From: an uncultured Candidatus Saccharibacteria bacterium
Lineage (GTDB): Bacteria > Patescibacteriota > Minisyncoccia > Phycocordibacterales > PALSA-1337
Length of the DNA: 64,000 nucleotides
Direction of reading: 5' to 3'
NCBI GenBank assembly: GCA_964492835.1
Contig: CAZBLC010000002.1
Location: forward strand, 7,375-71,374
Shown here: positions 17,237 to 27,652 of the stretch, piece by piece
How the letters are laid out: each line of letters opens with the position of its first letter
Position numbering within the stretch: position 1 is the first letter of the stretch
Notes under the pieces: model-generated
The model's input: the letters and a program-made list of their open reading frames with translations, nothing else
What the model was told of the DNA's origin: nothing
Database searches by the model: none
Program-made: the position numbers and the translations under genes

Positions 17237-19023
17237 TATGGTGTAAGTATTATCTCACTTTCTTGCCATGATGCACTAACATCCACATCAGCTGATGCTG
17301 TTGTATATCCATCTTTTACTACCTCTATATGATAGCTTCCTGCTGATAGTCCTGAGAATATCACTTGTCCTGGTGGAGTACATGAGGAAGTAACTGTGAA
17401 TGATACGTCTGAAATATTAGGTGTAGTTGTTGTACTTTGTGAGCTTAAGAATATCTTGTACCTAGCATATCTATCTCCATTGTGAGCAGAAGATATTACG
17501 GAGTTTGGTGAAGTATAGTATGTACCTGATGTTCCGTCTGGTCCTTTGTATGCCCACGTTGTAGTTGATGAAGTAGCATTTGTTGCGAATTGAAACCTCA
17601 CGCTATTAGCACCACTAGTTACTGGTTGATCATTAGGACTCCAGATTAGGTTATAGAAATTACTTATATATCCCGTATCTATAGTTGATGACTCAATAAC
17701 TCCATTTAGGTTATATTCTCCGAAAGCATTCTTTAACTTCACCTCCCCATTTGGACTTGTTACATCTATATTTCCATCATCACTAAAATATCTAGTTTTA
17801 TCTGTATATATAATTTGACTATCTCCACCCGACCAATCTGTCTGATTGATATATCCCCTGCCAGTAATTGCTGTGTCTGAGAATGAATTCCTTGTTATAG
17901 TCACCTCTGCATCTGATATTGGTAATTGCGTTGCTCCATCCTTAACTGTCACAAGAAGTCTATTAGCATCCTTAGGTGCGACAATTACGTTTATACTCTG
18001 ATTTGTATTTGGTCCTACATCTATTGGATTAAGTGGGTTTAGTCCAATGACATCATAACTACCATCTATACCTCGTATGGTATATGAATCCCATTCGATA
18101 CCAGAACTTGAATATTCGCCAGATGCATTAGTTATTAAATCTTGTGAATACTTAGCTAGATTTAATCCAATCTTTTTTTCTCCTGTCAGATTAAAATCCA
18201 TACTAGGTATTACCGTACACTCTGGAGTTACACTTGATATGGTTAATGATGATAGCCTATCAATTGAAAAACTAATTTGAGTTAGTTGTTGAATGATAAC
18301 GGTTGCATGTGGTTTAGTTGGACTTGGATTACCTCCTGTTACTGCATATGTCCTGTCAGTTGAGTATCCACTCTTTGTTACCGTTATCTGATAGCTATCA
18401 GCACTTGGTGATGCATCTACTACTTGCAGTAGCCCATCGTTATCAGTGACATCATTAATTAATATATTTGGTGTAACGCTATTGTTAACAATAGTTACAC
18501 TAGCATCTGGTACTGGCACTCCATTGGAATCAAAGACTTTAACGAAGAGTGCTCCATTGGTCGATGCGGTCTCTAGGTTCTTTGGCGCTACCCTAGTTGT
18601 TAATGTTATTGGAGTAAAGTTCTTACATGTAGGACAATTAACCTCTACTTCTACAGATTTGTTATCAGCTGGTGACAGGTCATTTGTTGTACTCCCTATC
18701 TGTCCATCGAATGGTAAATCTACGTTTCGTATTGTTGTAGTTACTACAAAAGAAATATTACTTCTAGTTAGATTCTGTATATGAGGTATCTTACCATTAG
18801 GTACTCCTCCGGGAATTCCGACATCTGTATATGAAAGGTTCCTTATTATCTCAAATTGTTCATTAGCAAGATTTAATGCAATTATCTTGTATTGATTCTG
18901 ATTGATTAGAGCGAACAATCCTAGATATGCTTGATAGCTTGCAGTAGCTATCACAAGGAATACTCCAACAGAGACAACTGTCTCTATTAGTGTGAATCCT
19001 CTTTTTTTAAAAGAATTAAACAT
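17236..19023 (-). CDS. prepilin-type protein (PilV-like) fused to beta-sandwich domains
   Basis: RGFTLIETVV; repeated carboxypeptidase-regulatory-like motifs (V.DASVTI...TD.DG, YQITVTKSGY). Confidence 0.8.
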   Translation of the reverse strand: MFNSFKKRGFTLIETVVSVGVFLVIATASYQAYLGLFALINQNQYKIIALNLANEQFEIIRNLSYTDVGIPGGVPNGKIPHIQNLTRSNISFVVTTTIRNVDLPFDGQIGSTTNDLSPADNKSVEVEVNCPTCKNFTPITLTTRVAPKNLETASTNGALFVKVFDSNGVPVPDASVTIVNNSVTPNILINDVTDNDGLLQVVDASPSADSYQITVTKSGYSTDRTYAVTGGNPSPTKPHATVIIQQLTQISFSIDRLSSLTISSVTPECTVIPSMDFNLTGEKKIGLNLAKYSQDLITNASGEYSSSGIEWDSYTIRGIDGSYDVIGLNPLNPIDVGPNTNQSINVIVAPKDANRLLVTVKDGATQLPISDAEVTITRNSFSDTAITGRGYINQTDWSGGDSQIIYTDKTRYFSDDGNIDVTSPNGEVKLKNAFGEYNLNGVIESSTIDTGYISNFYNLIWSPNDQPVTSGANSVRFQFATNATSSTTTWAYKGPDGTSGTYYTSPNSVISSAHNGDRYARYKIFLSSQSTTTTPNISDVSFTVTSSCTPPGQVIFSGLSAGSYHIEVVKDGYTTASADVDVSASWQESEIILTP

Positions 19024-20240
19024 TATATTACATTGACCAATGAATACATTGGAGAAATCATAGCCACAGCAAAGAATCCTACAGCTGCCCCTATAAATAC
19101 CATTAGGAATGGTTCTATGATTGTAGACATATCTTTTGTCTTTTGATCTACATCGTCTTCATAATATACAGCAACACCAAGTAGCATCTCCCCCATCTTA
19201 CCTGTCTCCTCACCTACACTTATCATCTCCCCTAGAAATATTGGATAGAATTTTTCATTTTCAGTAAATATCTTTGATATTGGATCTCCTTTTTCAATTG
19301 CTTGCTGTACTTCATCTAGTATCGCTTTATAGTGTACGTTTTGTATGACATCTTTAGTTATCTTAACCGACTCAACCACATCAACTCCTGAGGTTAGTAG
19401 TGATGCTAGAGTTCTTGCTGTTCTTGCAGCATTTACTTCTTTAATTAGATTACCGAATACTGGTATCTTAAGAACATAGTAATGTATTAGACTCTTACCT
19501 CTTACAGTCTTTGAGATATAGAAGATGAGACCAGTTAGGGCTATGAGTGCAGCTAGTACTAGTAGTCCATGATCACGCAATGCATTACTTACGAACAATA
19601 CTAGTTTGGTTGATGCTGGTAGTTCTACCTTGAGCTCTGTAAATGTCTTCATTAGAGTAGGTACTATGAAGGTAAGCATAAGTACAGTAACTACAATCAT
19701 TGCGAATACGATTATGCTTGGATACATCATCGCTCCCTTTATTCTCTTCTGTAGTGCATATGACTTATCCATCTGATTCCCCACGATCTTTAGGGACTCA
19801 GCTAGATTACCACTCTGCTCCCCTGCAGATACCATGGAAATGAATATTGGAGAGAATACTTTTTTAAATTGTGACATTGCCTGGCTCAATGTCTTACCTT
19901 CACCTATTTCTTTCTGTAGGCTAATTAATATATTCTTTAATTCCTTGTTCTTCGTCTGTCTCTCCATAACAGAAAGAGCTCTTGATAGCGCTAGACCTGC
20001 AACAATCATAGAACCAAGATTACGAGCGAAATTAATTTTATCCTGTGGCTTTACGGAGTGCATGAATGGAAGATCGATAGATATATTCTTTATGGACCTT
20101 GATGAACTCTCCTTGTACTCCACTATTTCATCTCCCCCTTCCTTTATTATCTTGTACAATTCATAACGATCAGAAGCATCCTTCTCTCCCTTGTATACCT
20201 CACCATTAGATTTTCGAGCTTTGAATATGAAATGTGACAT
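19023..20240 (-). CDS. pilC: type IV pilus platform protein PilC/GspF
   Basis: AGEQSGNL, AMMYP, GEETGKM, IEP..PMY. Confidence 0.93.
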   Translation of the reverse strand: MSHFIFKARKSNGEVYKGEKDASDRYELYKIIKEGGDEIVEYKESSSRSIKNISIDLPFMHSVKPQDKINFARNLGSMIVAGLALSRALSVMERQTKNKELKNILISLQKEIGEGKTLSQAMSQFKKVFSPIFISMVSAGEQSGNLAESLKIVGNQMDKSYALQKRIKGAMMYPSIIVFAMIVVTVLMLTFIVPTLMKTFTELKVELPASTKLVLFVSNALRDHGLLVLAALIALTGLIFYISKTVRGKSLIHYYVLKIPVFGNLIKEVNAARTARTLASLLTSGVDVVESVKITKDVIQNVHYKAILDEVQQAIEKGDPISKIFTENEKFYPIFLGEMISVGEETGKMGEMLLGVAVYYEDDVDQKTKDMSTIIEPFLMVFIGAAVGFFAVAMISPMYSLVNVI

Positions 20241-20241
20241 A

Positions 20242-21987
20242 CTATTCAGATATTACTCTTAATACTTCCTCTATTGTTGTATTACCCTGTACCGCATTAA
20301 ATATTCCATCCTCAAGCATTGTAATCATTCCCTCCTTCTTAGCCTGAGTCTCTATATCACTACTTGTTGAGCCTTTTATGATCAAGTCCTTTATAGTCTG
20401 AGTTACCTTCAGTACTTCATGTATACCTACTCGACTCTTGTATCCATCGTCTTCTTTAGATGGGACTGGTTTCCAGAATGGAATTTTAGTCCAATCATCT
20501 ATGTTCACTATCTTTTCATCCTTTAGAGTCTTTAATACCCTGTCTAGATCTACAGTTTTACCAAGAGCGACTACTTCTTCCTTTGTTAGGAAATATTTTT
20601 CTTTCTTTTCGCTCAGTCTTCTTACAAGTCTCTGAGCAATGATTATGTTGATTGTAGATACCAGTAGAAAAGGTTCTATCTTCATATCAAGTAGTCTTGG
20701 TATTGCTCCTGCAGCTGAGTTTGTATGGAGTGTTGATAGCACTAAGTGTCCAGTTAGAGCAGCATTTACTGCAAGTGATGCTGTCTCATTGTCTCGGATC
20801 TCTCCCACCATTATGATATCTGGATCCTGACGAACTAGTGTTCTTAGTCCTGAAGCAAATGTAAATCCAATTTCTGGTTTAACTTGTGTCTGATTGATTC
20901 TCTTCATCTGATACTCTACTGGATCTTCAATTGTTGAAATGTTTACATCTGGTTGGTTTAGGATATCTAGTATTGTGTATAGCGTAGTAGTCTTACCTGA
21001 ACCTGTAGGTCCTGTTGTTAGTATCATTCCTGTAGTTAACTTTGTCGCATTGTGTATTCTCTCCAATCCTTCTCCATGAAATCCTAAGTATTCTAGAGTA
21101 AATCCAGATACGCTCTCTCTAAGTAGTCTCATTACGGTCTTTTCTCCATAGTATGTTGGGAGTATTGATACACGGAAACTAACCTTCTCTGTATTCATCT
21201 CAATCTTAAATCTTCCGTCTTGTGGTAGTCTCTTTTCATCTAGTTTTAGATTCGACAATACCTTTATACGTGCAGTTATAGATGCTTCTGCATTCTTTGG
21301 TAAAACCATGGCATCGTGTAATAGCCCATCGATACGGTATCTTACTAATAGCTGATCATCCATTGGCTCTATATGTATATCTGATGCATCTTGTATGATT
21401 GCATGCTTTAGAAGTGTATCTACTATACGTACCACTGGTAGATCCTCTGCTATCTTCTTTAGGTCCTCCTCTGTTGCAGGGTTCCCTGACTCTTCTTGTA
21501 TTGTCTTAAGTGTGGCTGATTCTTTTTGGATTATATCTCCGAACTCTGCTTTAAGAGTTTTTTGATATTGGATGATAACATTCTTCATTGACTCTACATC
21601 TGTAAGTCTTGGGAGAATCTTAAGGTTTACCTTTTTCTTAATGAAATCTATTGCTGATAGGTCATCAACATCAAGCATAGCTACTTCAAGAGTAGTATCG
21701 TCTTTCTTAAATGCAATTATGTTATGTGTACGTGCTACTGGTTCTGGTATTAGGGATAGCGTATCAAAAGGTATTTTTCTGTCTTTAAGGTCTACGAATG
21801 GTATTCCAAGTACATATGCCTGCATACGACGTAGATTGTCTTCGGTTATCTTTCCTGTACTTACCAGAACCTCTCCAAGTCTGATACCTTTTTCGTCTGC
21901 TTCTTTTTGGGCAATATCAAGATCAGATCTTGATACTAAGTTAGAATCAATTATGAACTTATTCAACTGTGAATCTTCGATGAACAT
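20242..21987 (-). CDS. pilB: type IV pilus assembly ATPase PilB/GspE
   Basis: ASDIHIEP, PQDGR, GPTGSGKTT, RQDPDIIMVGEIRD, STLHTN. Confidence 0.95.
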   Translation of the reverse strand: MFIEDSQLNKFIIDSNLVSRSDLDIAQKEADEKGIRLGEVLVSTGKITEDNLRRMQAYVLGIPFVDLKDRKIPFDTLSLIPEPVARTHNIIAFKKDDTTLEVAMLDVDDLSAIDFIKKKVNLKILPRLTDVESMKNVIIQYQKTLKAEFGDIIQKESATLKTIQEESGNPATEEDLKKIAEDLPVVRIVDTLLKHAIIQDASDIHIEPMDDQLLVRYRIDGLLHDAMVLPKNAEASITARIKVLSNLKLDEKRLPQDGRFKIEMNTEKVSFRVSILPTYYGEKTVMRLLRESVSGFTLEYLGFHGEGLERIHNATKLTTGMILTTGPTGSGKTTTLYTILDILNQPDVNISTIEDPVEYQMKRINQTQVKPEIGFTFASGLRTLVRQDPDIIMVGEIRDNETASLAVNAALTGHLVLSTLHTNSAAGAIPRLLDMKIEPFLLVSTINIIIAQRLVRRLSEKKEKYFLTKEEVVALGKTVDLDRVLKTLKDEKIVNIDDWTKIPFWKPVPSKEDDGYKSRVGIHEVLKVTQTIKDLIIKGSTSSDIETQAKKEGMITMLEDGIFNAVQGNTTIEEVLRVISE

Positions 21988-22030
21988 ATGGGATCGTTAA
22001 CGATCGATATGTAAATTATATCACACTATA

Positions 22031-23701
22031 TTAGACTTCCATGTCGAAAACTACGTAGAATGTGGATCCTTTTCCTTCTCCGTCTGAAATTGCTTTGATA
22101 TGTCCCTTATGTGCATCAATTATTTGTTTTGCAATGTATAGCCCTAGACCGGTACCGTATATATTTTGTTTGTTGGCATTGTCTGCTCTAGTGAATTTAG
22201 CGAACAGCTTTGGCATTACCTCCTTTGATATACCCACACCTGTGTCACGTATACTTAGAGTGATCTTTCTTTCTAACACGTTCTTTACTATTGATATGTC
22301 TATACCACCCCTTGGTGTGTATTTGATTGAATTATCAACTAGATTAGCAACAACCTGCTTTAGCTTGTCCTTATCAGCATGTATCATGAATCTTGTGTTC
22401 ACGCCTTCTGGAGTTGATGTAAAGCTTAGCTTTAGCTCTTTCTTCTCTAGATTGGGTCTCAACTCCCCTATCACGTTATCAACTAACTCTTTTAGATCTA
22501 GAGTTGTAAAGTCATACTTCATAGTTCCCAACTCTATTCTTGATATGTTTAGGTAATCATTAACAATGTTAGTTAGAGTATTAGCTGAATCATATATTCT
22601 ACTTACAGCTTGCTTTGTCTCTTTGTTTATCTCCCCAAAGTCTCCTTCTAGAATTAGAGATGTATATCCCTTCATAGCTGTTAGTGGAGCTCTTAGTTGA
22701 TGAGTCGCTATTGATACGAACTCTGATTTCTGTTTGTCTAGACTAAGTAGTCTCGTATTGGCTAATTTTAGGTCTTCCGCCAGTGATTCTATCTTTTCTC
22801 GCTGGAGGATTTCTTTTTTAACTGATCTTATCAAAATAATTCCAAAGAATACTGACACTATCAAAGTAATCCAAGTTACTTTATGACTTATACCGATGTC
22901 TTGTATAAATAAGAGCGAGGCAGTCATAGCCCACAATGCAACAACGAGCACATTTGATCCTACCAACTTAAGATCAAATAACTTAAACCTAACTATTGAG
23001 TATGACAGAAGACTTATAAATATAGGCATTCCGAAAAGCCCGTATTGAGCCAAATTCCAGTCTTCTGTAAAACTTCCAGTAATAGCTCCCCATGAAAACG
23101 ATATTAGCATTATAAGTGTACCTATAGTCAAGAAAGCAATTTCTTTCTTTATAGATACTTTTTTCTCTGAAATGAACCTATTAATACCCACTATAACAAG
23201 CCATATAGAGTAAATAGCCTCAATTATATAGGTATAGTATGAATATACGGACTCCTGACTAAGACATGTAGCTACATCAAATGAAGTTAGAAAATACTTT
23301 GTTGGAGTAAGTATAATAACAGGTAAATAAAGTAAAAATATTACTAATTTACTTTTAAAAGACATATCTTTACCGTAAAGTAACACGAACAACAGATATA
23401 ATGCACTGGCATGAACAAGTGGTTCAACAAGTATTTGCATTGCCCAAACAAACATTATGATATCTCCCCTGTTACTTGCCCAAAATATTGAATCCATGAA
23501 TACCCACAATGAGAAAGTTAGGGTTGTAATCAAAACCAATCTATTTGATAGTGACTTACGATTCTTAAGAAATACAAAAATACCGATTACGAGTGATATT
23601 ATTATAATAGGAATATGTGAATAGTACACAAGCGGTGGTACATTATCAGAAATGACCAAAAATTTTGAAGGGTCAAAATTACAAAATGGTATCTGTAGCA
23701 T
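22031..23701 (-). CDS. multi-TM sensor histidine kinase
   Basis: ~7-8 TM; ATHQLRAPLT H-box, NLVDNSIKY, DTGVG, GTGLGL. Confidence 0.95.
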   Translation of the reverse strand: MLQIPFCNFDPSKFLVISDNVPPLVYYSHIPIIIISLVIGIFVFLKNRKSLSNRLVLITTLTFSLWVFMDSIFWASNRGDIIMFVWAMQILVEPLVHASALYLLFVLLYGKDMSFKSKLVIFLLYLPVIILTPTKYFLTSFDVATCLSQESVYSYYTYIIEAIYSIWLVIVGINRFISEKKVSIKKEIAFLTIGTLIMLISFSWGAITGSFTEDWNLAQYGLFGMPIFISLLSYSIVRFKLFDLKLVGSNVLVVALWAMTASLLFIQDIGISHKVTWITLIVSVFFGIILIRSVKKEILQREKIESLAEDLKLANTRLLSLDKQKSEFVSIATHQLRAPLTAMKGYTSLILEGDFGEINKETKQAVSRIYDSANTLTNIVNDYLNISRIELGTMKYDFTTLDLKELVDNVIGELRPNLEKKELKLSFTSTPEGVNTRFMIHADKDKLKQVVANLVDNSIKYTPRGGIDISIVKNVLERKITLSIRDTGVGISKEVMPKLFAKFTRADNANKQNIYGTGLGLYIAKQIIDAHKGHIKAISDGEGKGSTFYVVFDMEV

Positions 23702-23713
23702 TGAATAATTATA

Positions 23714-24679
23714 TCACAGCTTCTTTAGTATAATTTTAGCATCAGATGGTGAAGAACCGTAACTGTATTTAATAGTAACTTGTATATTATCACCTCTACG
23801 CACAGCAACTACTTTATCCAGAGGAATTACGATATCGTTATTCATAAAGTCGGTATCCTCCCTACCAATAACTCTTCCTGATGGAAGAAGTACGTCGCTA
23901 CACACTAATATAGAATTGACTAAGCCAGAGGACTTAATTTTTACTACTATTCTTTTATTAACATTATTTACTTTAACGGTGCGAAAATTTATTGAATCAT
24001 ACAAAACATACCCACTCAAAATACTTGGTCTTTCTTTAATCTCATTTAGAACAAAGAAGGTCTGCGGGCTATTAGTGATATTTATATTACATAGAGATAG
24101 TGAGGACTCTATACCTGACGGGATCACAACACCACCTTTTCTGAGTTTTTTTCTTAAAGCTTTAACAATGTCTATTTGCTTCTCAAAAAACATACCTGTG
24201 TAAATATTCTCACTTATCAGTACATCGATCATATCATCCAGTTTTATCTTCCTAGCATCCATTTTTGATATGAATAAGTTACTTAGGTCATAACCCTTTA
24301 ATTGCAGATATTCTCTTGCACCATTAACTAGTAAAAATACGTCGTTATTTATTTCACACGAAGTAACCTTTCTCGACATTTGTGAAGAATAGAATGATAA
24401 TATACCGGTACCCAGTCCTGCCTCCATTACACAATCTCCTTTTCTGACCGTCTTTTTGATCTCCTCCAAAAGAGGTATAGTCCTTCCTTTGTCAATCAAA
24501 CAATGCACAGCATCTAGCACACTAAGGCCACTTTTGTGAATATCTGATTCTACAAATCTCTCTGACTCGCTTTTTCTAAGACTAATACTCAACTCTCTTA
24601 TCAAGCCCTTTTTAACACAAAAAGAATATATGTCTTTATATAACTTATTTACGTTGACATGTTTCATTATGCGACTCAT
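23714..24679 (-). CDS. class I SAM methyltransferase, PRMT-like
   Basis: D..RT, EAGLGTGILS, DVLISENIYTGMFFE (double-E loop spacing), LRKGGVVIP; start may be 24667. Confidence 0.8.
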   Translation of the reverse strand: MSRIMKHVNVNKLYKDIYSFCVKKGLIRELSISLRKSESERFVESDIHKSGLSVLDAVHCLIDKGRTIPLLEEIKKTVRKGDCVMEAGLGTGILSFYSSQMSRKVTSCEINNDVFLLVNGAREYLQLKGYDLSNLFISKMDARKIKLDDMIDVLISENIYTGMFFEKQIDIVKALRKKLRKGGVVIPSGIESSLSLCNINITNSPQTFFVLNEIKERPSILSGYVLYDSINFRTVKVNNVNKRIVVKIKSSGLVNSILVCSDVLLPSGRVIGREDTDFMNNDIVIPLDKVVAVRRGDNIQVTIKYSYGSSPSDAKIILKKL

Positions 24680-24694
24680 GTTATCATATATTTA

Positions 24695-25096
24695 ATGTTA
24701 AAAGTAAAAACAAGAATAGATAAGAGCAGTCATCATGGAATTGGCTTATTTGCTGATGAGTTTATACCAAGTGGTACAATCACATGGAGCTATGATCCAG
24801 GATTCGATCCGACATACACCCATGAGGAGATTGATAGTATGCCACTACTTAACAAAAACAGGTTTATGGACTTCTCTTACATCGACTACAAGCAAAATAA
24901 GTATGTACTTTGTTCAGATGACCAGCGTTTTATCAACCACTCAGATAATCCTAATATAGAATCGACTCCAGATGCAGATAGAGCAATCAAAGACATACAA
25001 ATTGGAGAGGAAATGACATGCGACTATGAAAAATATGAAAAAGATTGGTTCAAGAATAGAAATCTAGACAAGAACTTTAATAAGATAGGACCCTAG
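24695..25096 (+). CDS. SET-domain protein (lysine methyltransferase family)
   Basis: HGIGLFA, RFINHS.NPN, DIQIGEEMTCDY; start at ATG 24695 behind an extended -10. Confidence 0.92.
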   Translation: MLKVKTRIDKSSHHGIGLFADEFIPSGTITWSYDPGFDPTYTHEEIDSMPLLNKNRFMDFSYIDYKQNKYVLCSDDQRFINHSDNPNIESTPDADRAIKDIQIGEEMTCDYEKYEKDWFKNRNLDKNFNKIGP

Positions 25097-25648
25097 TTTT
25101 TTTCTAACTATAATTAAGGCTATCAGGGTATTGAAAAACACCATATAGATTGGATATAGATACTCAATAAATATCCAATTTTCAACAGAGAGTAAGGCAA
25201 GTAGACTGGCTATGCAAGTGATAATCCAAGGTAAGGCAGATTCAGTATCTGGCTTTAAGTAACTCTTATGGATCGTGGGGAAAATGGCAAAAAAATCTGC
25301 GAGTATATTAAGCACTAATGCCACTACAGGTAAATCTGTGATGAGCCAGAGGCATATACTTATAAATGATGTAGATAGGCACAACAAATCTACACGTGAA
25401 AAACCTCCTTCCCCGTATTTTATCGATAGAAGAAATATTAAAAATGGTCCAACAAGGTAACTCAGTTGGAACCATATAGTGCTTGTATGTCCTGCTGAAT
25501 ACGAACTTAATAAAATTAGCAGCCCTATTATACTTAGCGACATCCAAGTTACCCTACTTGGTATCGTCTTTTTAGTAATTATCGATGTAAAATAAAAAAT
25601 AAATGCCAACAAAGATATTACACCAGACAATTCTCCAAAATAAGACAT
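25064..25648 (-). CDS. multi-pass membrane protein
   Basis: ~6-7 TM; P.RVTW and PTI.KSY..P..ES...W motifs reminiscent of PQ-loop-like CPR membrane proteins. Confidence 0.8.
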   Translation of the reverse strand: MSYFGELSGVISLLAFIFYFTSIITKKTIPSRVTWMSLSIIGLLILLSSYSAGHTSTIWFQLSYLVGPFLIFLLSIKYGEGGFSRVDLLCLSTSFISICLWLITDLPVVALVLNILADFFAIFPTIHKSYLKPDTESALPWIITCIASLLALLSVENWIFIEYLYPIYMVFFNTLIALIIVRKKLGSYLIKVLV

Positions 25649-25855
25649 ATTATTTAAAATCTTTAACTGAGTCTATTACAGTAAAGTTCTTTACAACTAC
25701 AAAATTATAGAATGTGATTATTGCGGACAATAACATTAACAAAAAGAATAGTTTTATTAAAAAGATAGATCTTTTGTCCATTACAACAATTATACCTCGC
25801 TAAAAAAATAGTTCAATGGACATTAGTATACCAATCTGATAACCTAACCTAAAAC

Positions 25856-27532
25856 ATGAATAACTGTACTGGTGCGATAGAATATGGTGACGTTGTATAC
25901 TTTTCGCATCTTATACCTATTTTTATATCACTAACCCTATCGCTAAGTGTTTTATTCAAATCTAAATTGTCACGTCTATCGTTACACTTTTTTATATTCA
26001 CATCACTATCGTGTTTATGGCTGGTATTAGATACAGTAACTTGGATCTCGACTGATTATTTTACGATAATCTTATCTTGGATACCTCTAGATCTCGTAAG
26101 CGTCCTATTCTTTATATCAGCAATGCATTTCTTAAGATGTTTATCTGATAGTAATACATATACAAAAAGGCAGTCGGTGTTCGACCTAATTCTAATATCT
26201 CCTTTTGTATTAAGCATACTATTTAAAAAATCTATTGTGGGCTTTGATATTAACTCGTGTGAAGTTATAGATAATACAGAAATTATTGCATATAAATTTA
26301 TTGTCGAGGCAATAATAATTCTCAGGATTGTTATTATGAGTAAAATTGGATGGTATAAAAAAGGTATCTCAATTGTCACAATCGCAATACTAGCCTTTTT
26401 GATTTCTTTCTCTATTACTGGTCTTGTATCTAGTCTGACAGGTATATACGAAATCAATATGTATAGTCTTTTTATATTGCCTATATCTCTTTTTATAGTT
26501 ATCTTCTCGGTAATTGACTTCAATACATTCAGCCTTAGGACGGATAGCCAGAAAATTGTAGTTTATATACTCATACTACTTGCAATGGTACAGATGTTTT
26601 TTATTAGGAAGGACAACTACTTAATAGACATAGTTAACATAGTTCTATATTTATCACTTGGCAAACTACTGATGAAATCAATAAATAATGAAATAGCTAG
26701 TACTAAAAATATAACAATTAGACTTGATCGTACTGACAAGCTAAATAGCAACCTAAACCAAATAATCCTTGACCAAACTTCAGAAATCAGACATGCATAT
26801 GAAATGGAGAAGAAATCTAAACGTGAACTAGAAAAACTAAGTGAGACTAAAGATAAGTTCATAAATATAATCCAACACAATCTAAGAGTACCCATTACCA
26901 GAATTAGTAATGAATTAAGTAAACTTAATAATTCAAATAAAGAAATTAATACAAAAGATGTTAATAGTCAGATCAACCACTTAAGGAGAGTTGCGGATGA
27001 CCTGAAGGATATTTCCAAAATCCAACTAGGTTCACAAATACTAAACCTGTCATCCTCAAGTGTATTGCCTCTACTTGAAGAAGTAATTGATGAACTTAGA
27101 ATTGATATACTGAAATCAAACATTACAGTCTTCCTCCCTATCGAAGATATACATTGGCCTAAAATAAATATTGATCAAAACAAAATTAAAGAAGTCCTCT
27201 TTGTGGTAATAGAGAATGCAATAAGATACAACAAGAAAGATGGAACTATTGAGATTAAGACGGACGGCAAGCAAGATTACTTTACTATTGAAATCTCTAA
27301 CACTGGTATTGGTATATCAAATACTGAAATAAACAAATTATTTGATAGAACATTCTACAGAAGTGATAGAGCGAGAGAGATTAATCCAACAGGTATGGGT
27401 ATTGGATTGTATGTTTCTAGATCAATTATCGAAGCTCATCATGGTAATTTAGATATATACCCAGACAGCAATAACATTGTAACTGTTAGTATATCAATAC
27501 CATACGATTTTCTTAAAGAGAGCCTTAGTTAG
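25856..27532 (+). CDS. multi-TM sensor histidine kinase
   Basis: QHNLRVPIT H-box, ENAIRY, NTGIG, GMGIGL; N-terminal YFSHLIP resembles YYSHIP of 22031-23701. Confidence 0.9.
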   Translation: MNNCTGAIEYGDVVYFSHLIPIFISLTLSLSVLFKSKLSRLSLHFFIFTSLSCLWLVLDTVTWISTDYFTIILSWIPLDLVSVLFFISAMHFLRCLSDSNTYTKRQSVFDLILISPFVLSILFKKSIVGFDINSCEVIDNTEIIAYKFIVEAIIILRIVIMSKIGWYKKGISIVTIAILAFLISFSITGLVSSLTGIYEINMYSLFILPISLFIVIFSVIDFNTFSLRTDSQKIVVYILILLAMVQMFFIRKDNYLIDIVNIVLYLSLGKLLMKSINNEIASTKNITIRLDRTDKLNSNLNQIILDQTSEIRHAYEMEKKSKRELEKLSETKDKFINIIQHNLRVPITRISNELSKLNNSNKEINTKDVNSQINHLRRVADDLKDISKIQLGSQILNLSSSSVLPLLEEVIDELRIDILKSNITVFLPIEDIHWPKINIDQNKIKEVLFVVIENAIRYNKKDGTIEIKTDGKQDYFTIEISNTGIGISNTEINKLFDRTFYRSDRAREINPTGMGIGLYVSRSIIEAHHGNLDIYPDSNNIVTVSISIPYDFLKESLS

Positions 27533-27560
27533 GCCGTATAACAAGGACATAACTTTTTGC

Positions 27561-27590
27561 TTGACTTTTACCCTATTTTAGGGTTATAAT
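27561..27590 (+). promoter_or_regulatory. sigma70-type promoter
   Basis: TTGACT-N18-TATAAT. Confidence 0.6.
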
Positions 27591-27652
27591 ATAGCCATAT
27601 TTGGAGCACGTGTGTGCACCAAGTGTCCTTTGAAAATTTACTGTTTATCGTT

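Noticed and set aside
25823-25847. TTAGTATACCAATCTGATAACCTAA, a weak look-alike of the ORF6N palindrome
   Set aside because: Ends are TTA/TAA and the arms pair poorly; compatible with chance.
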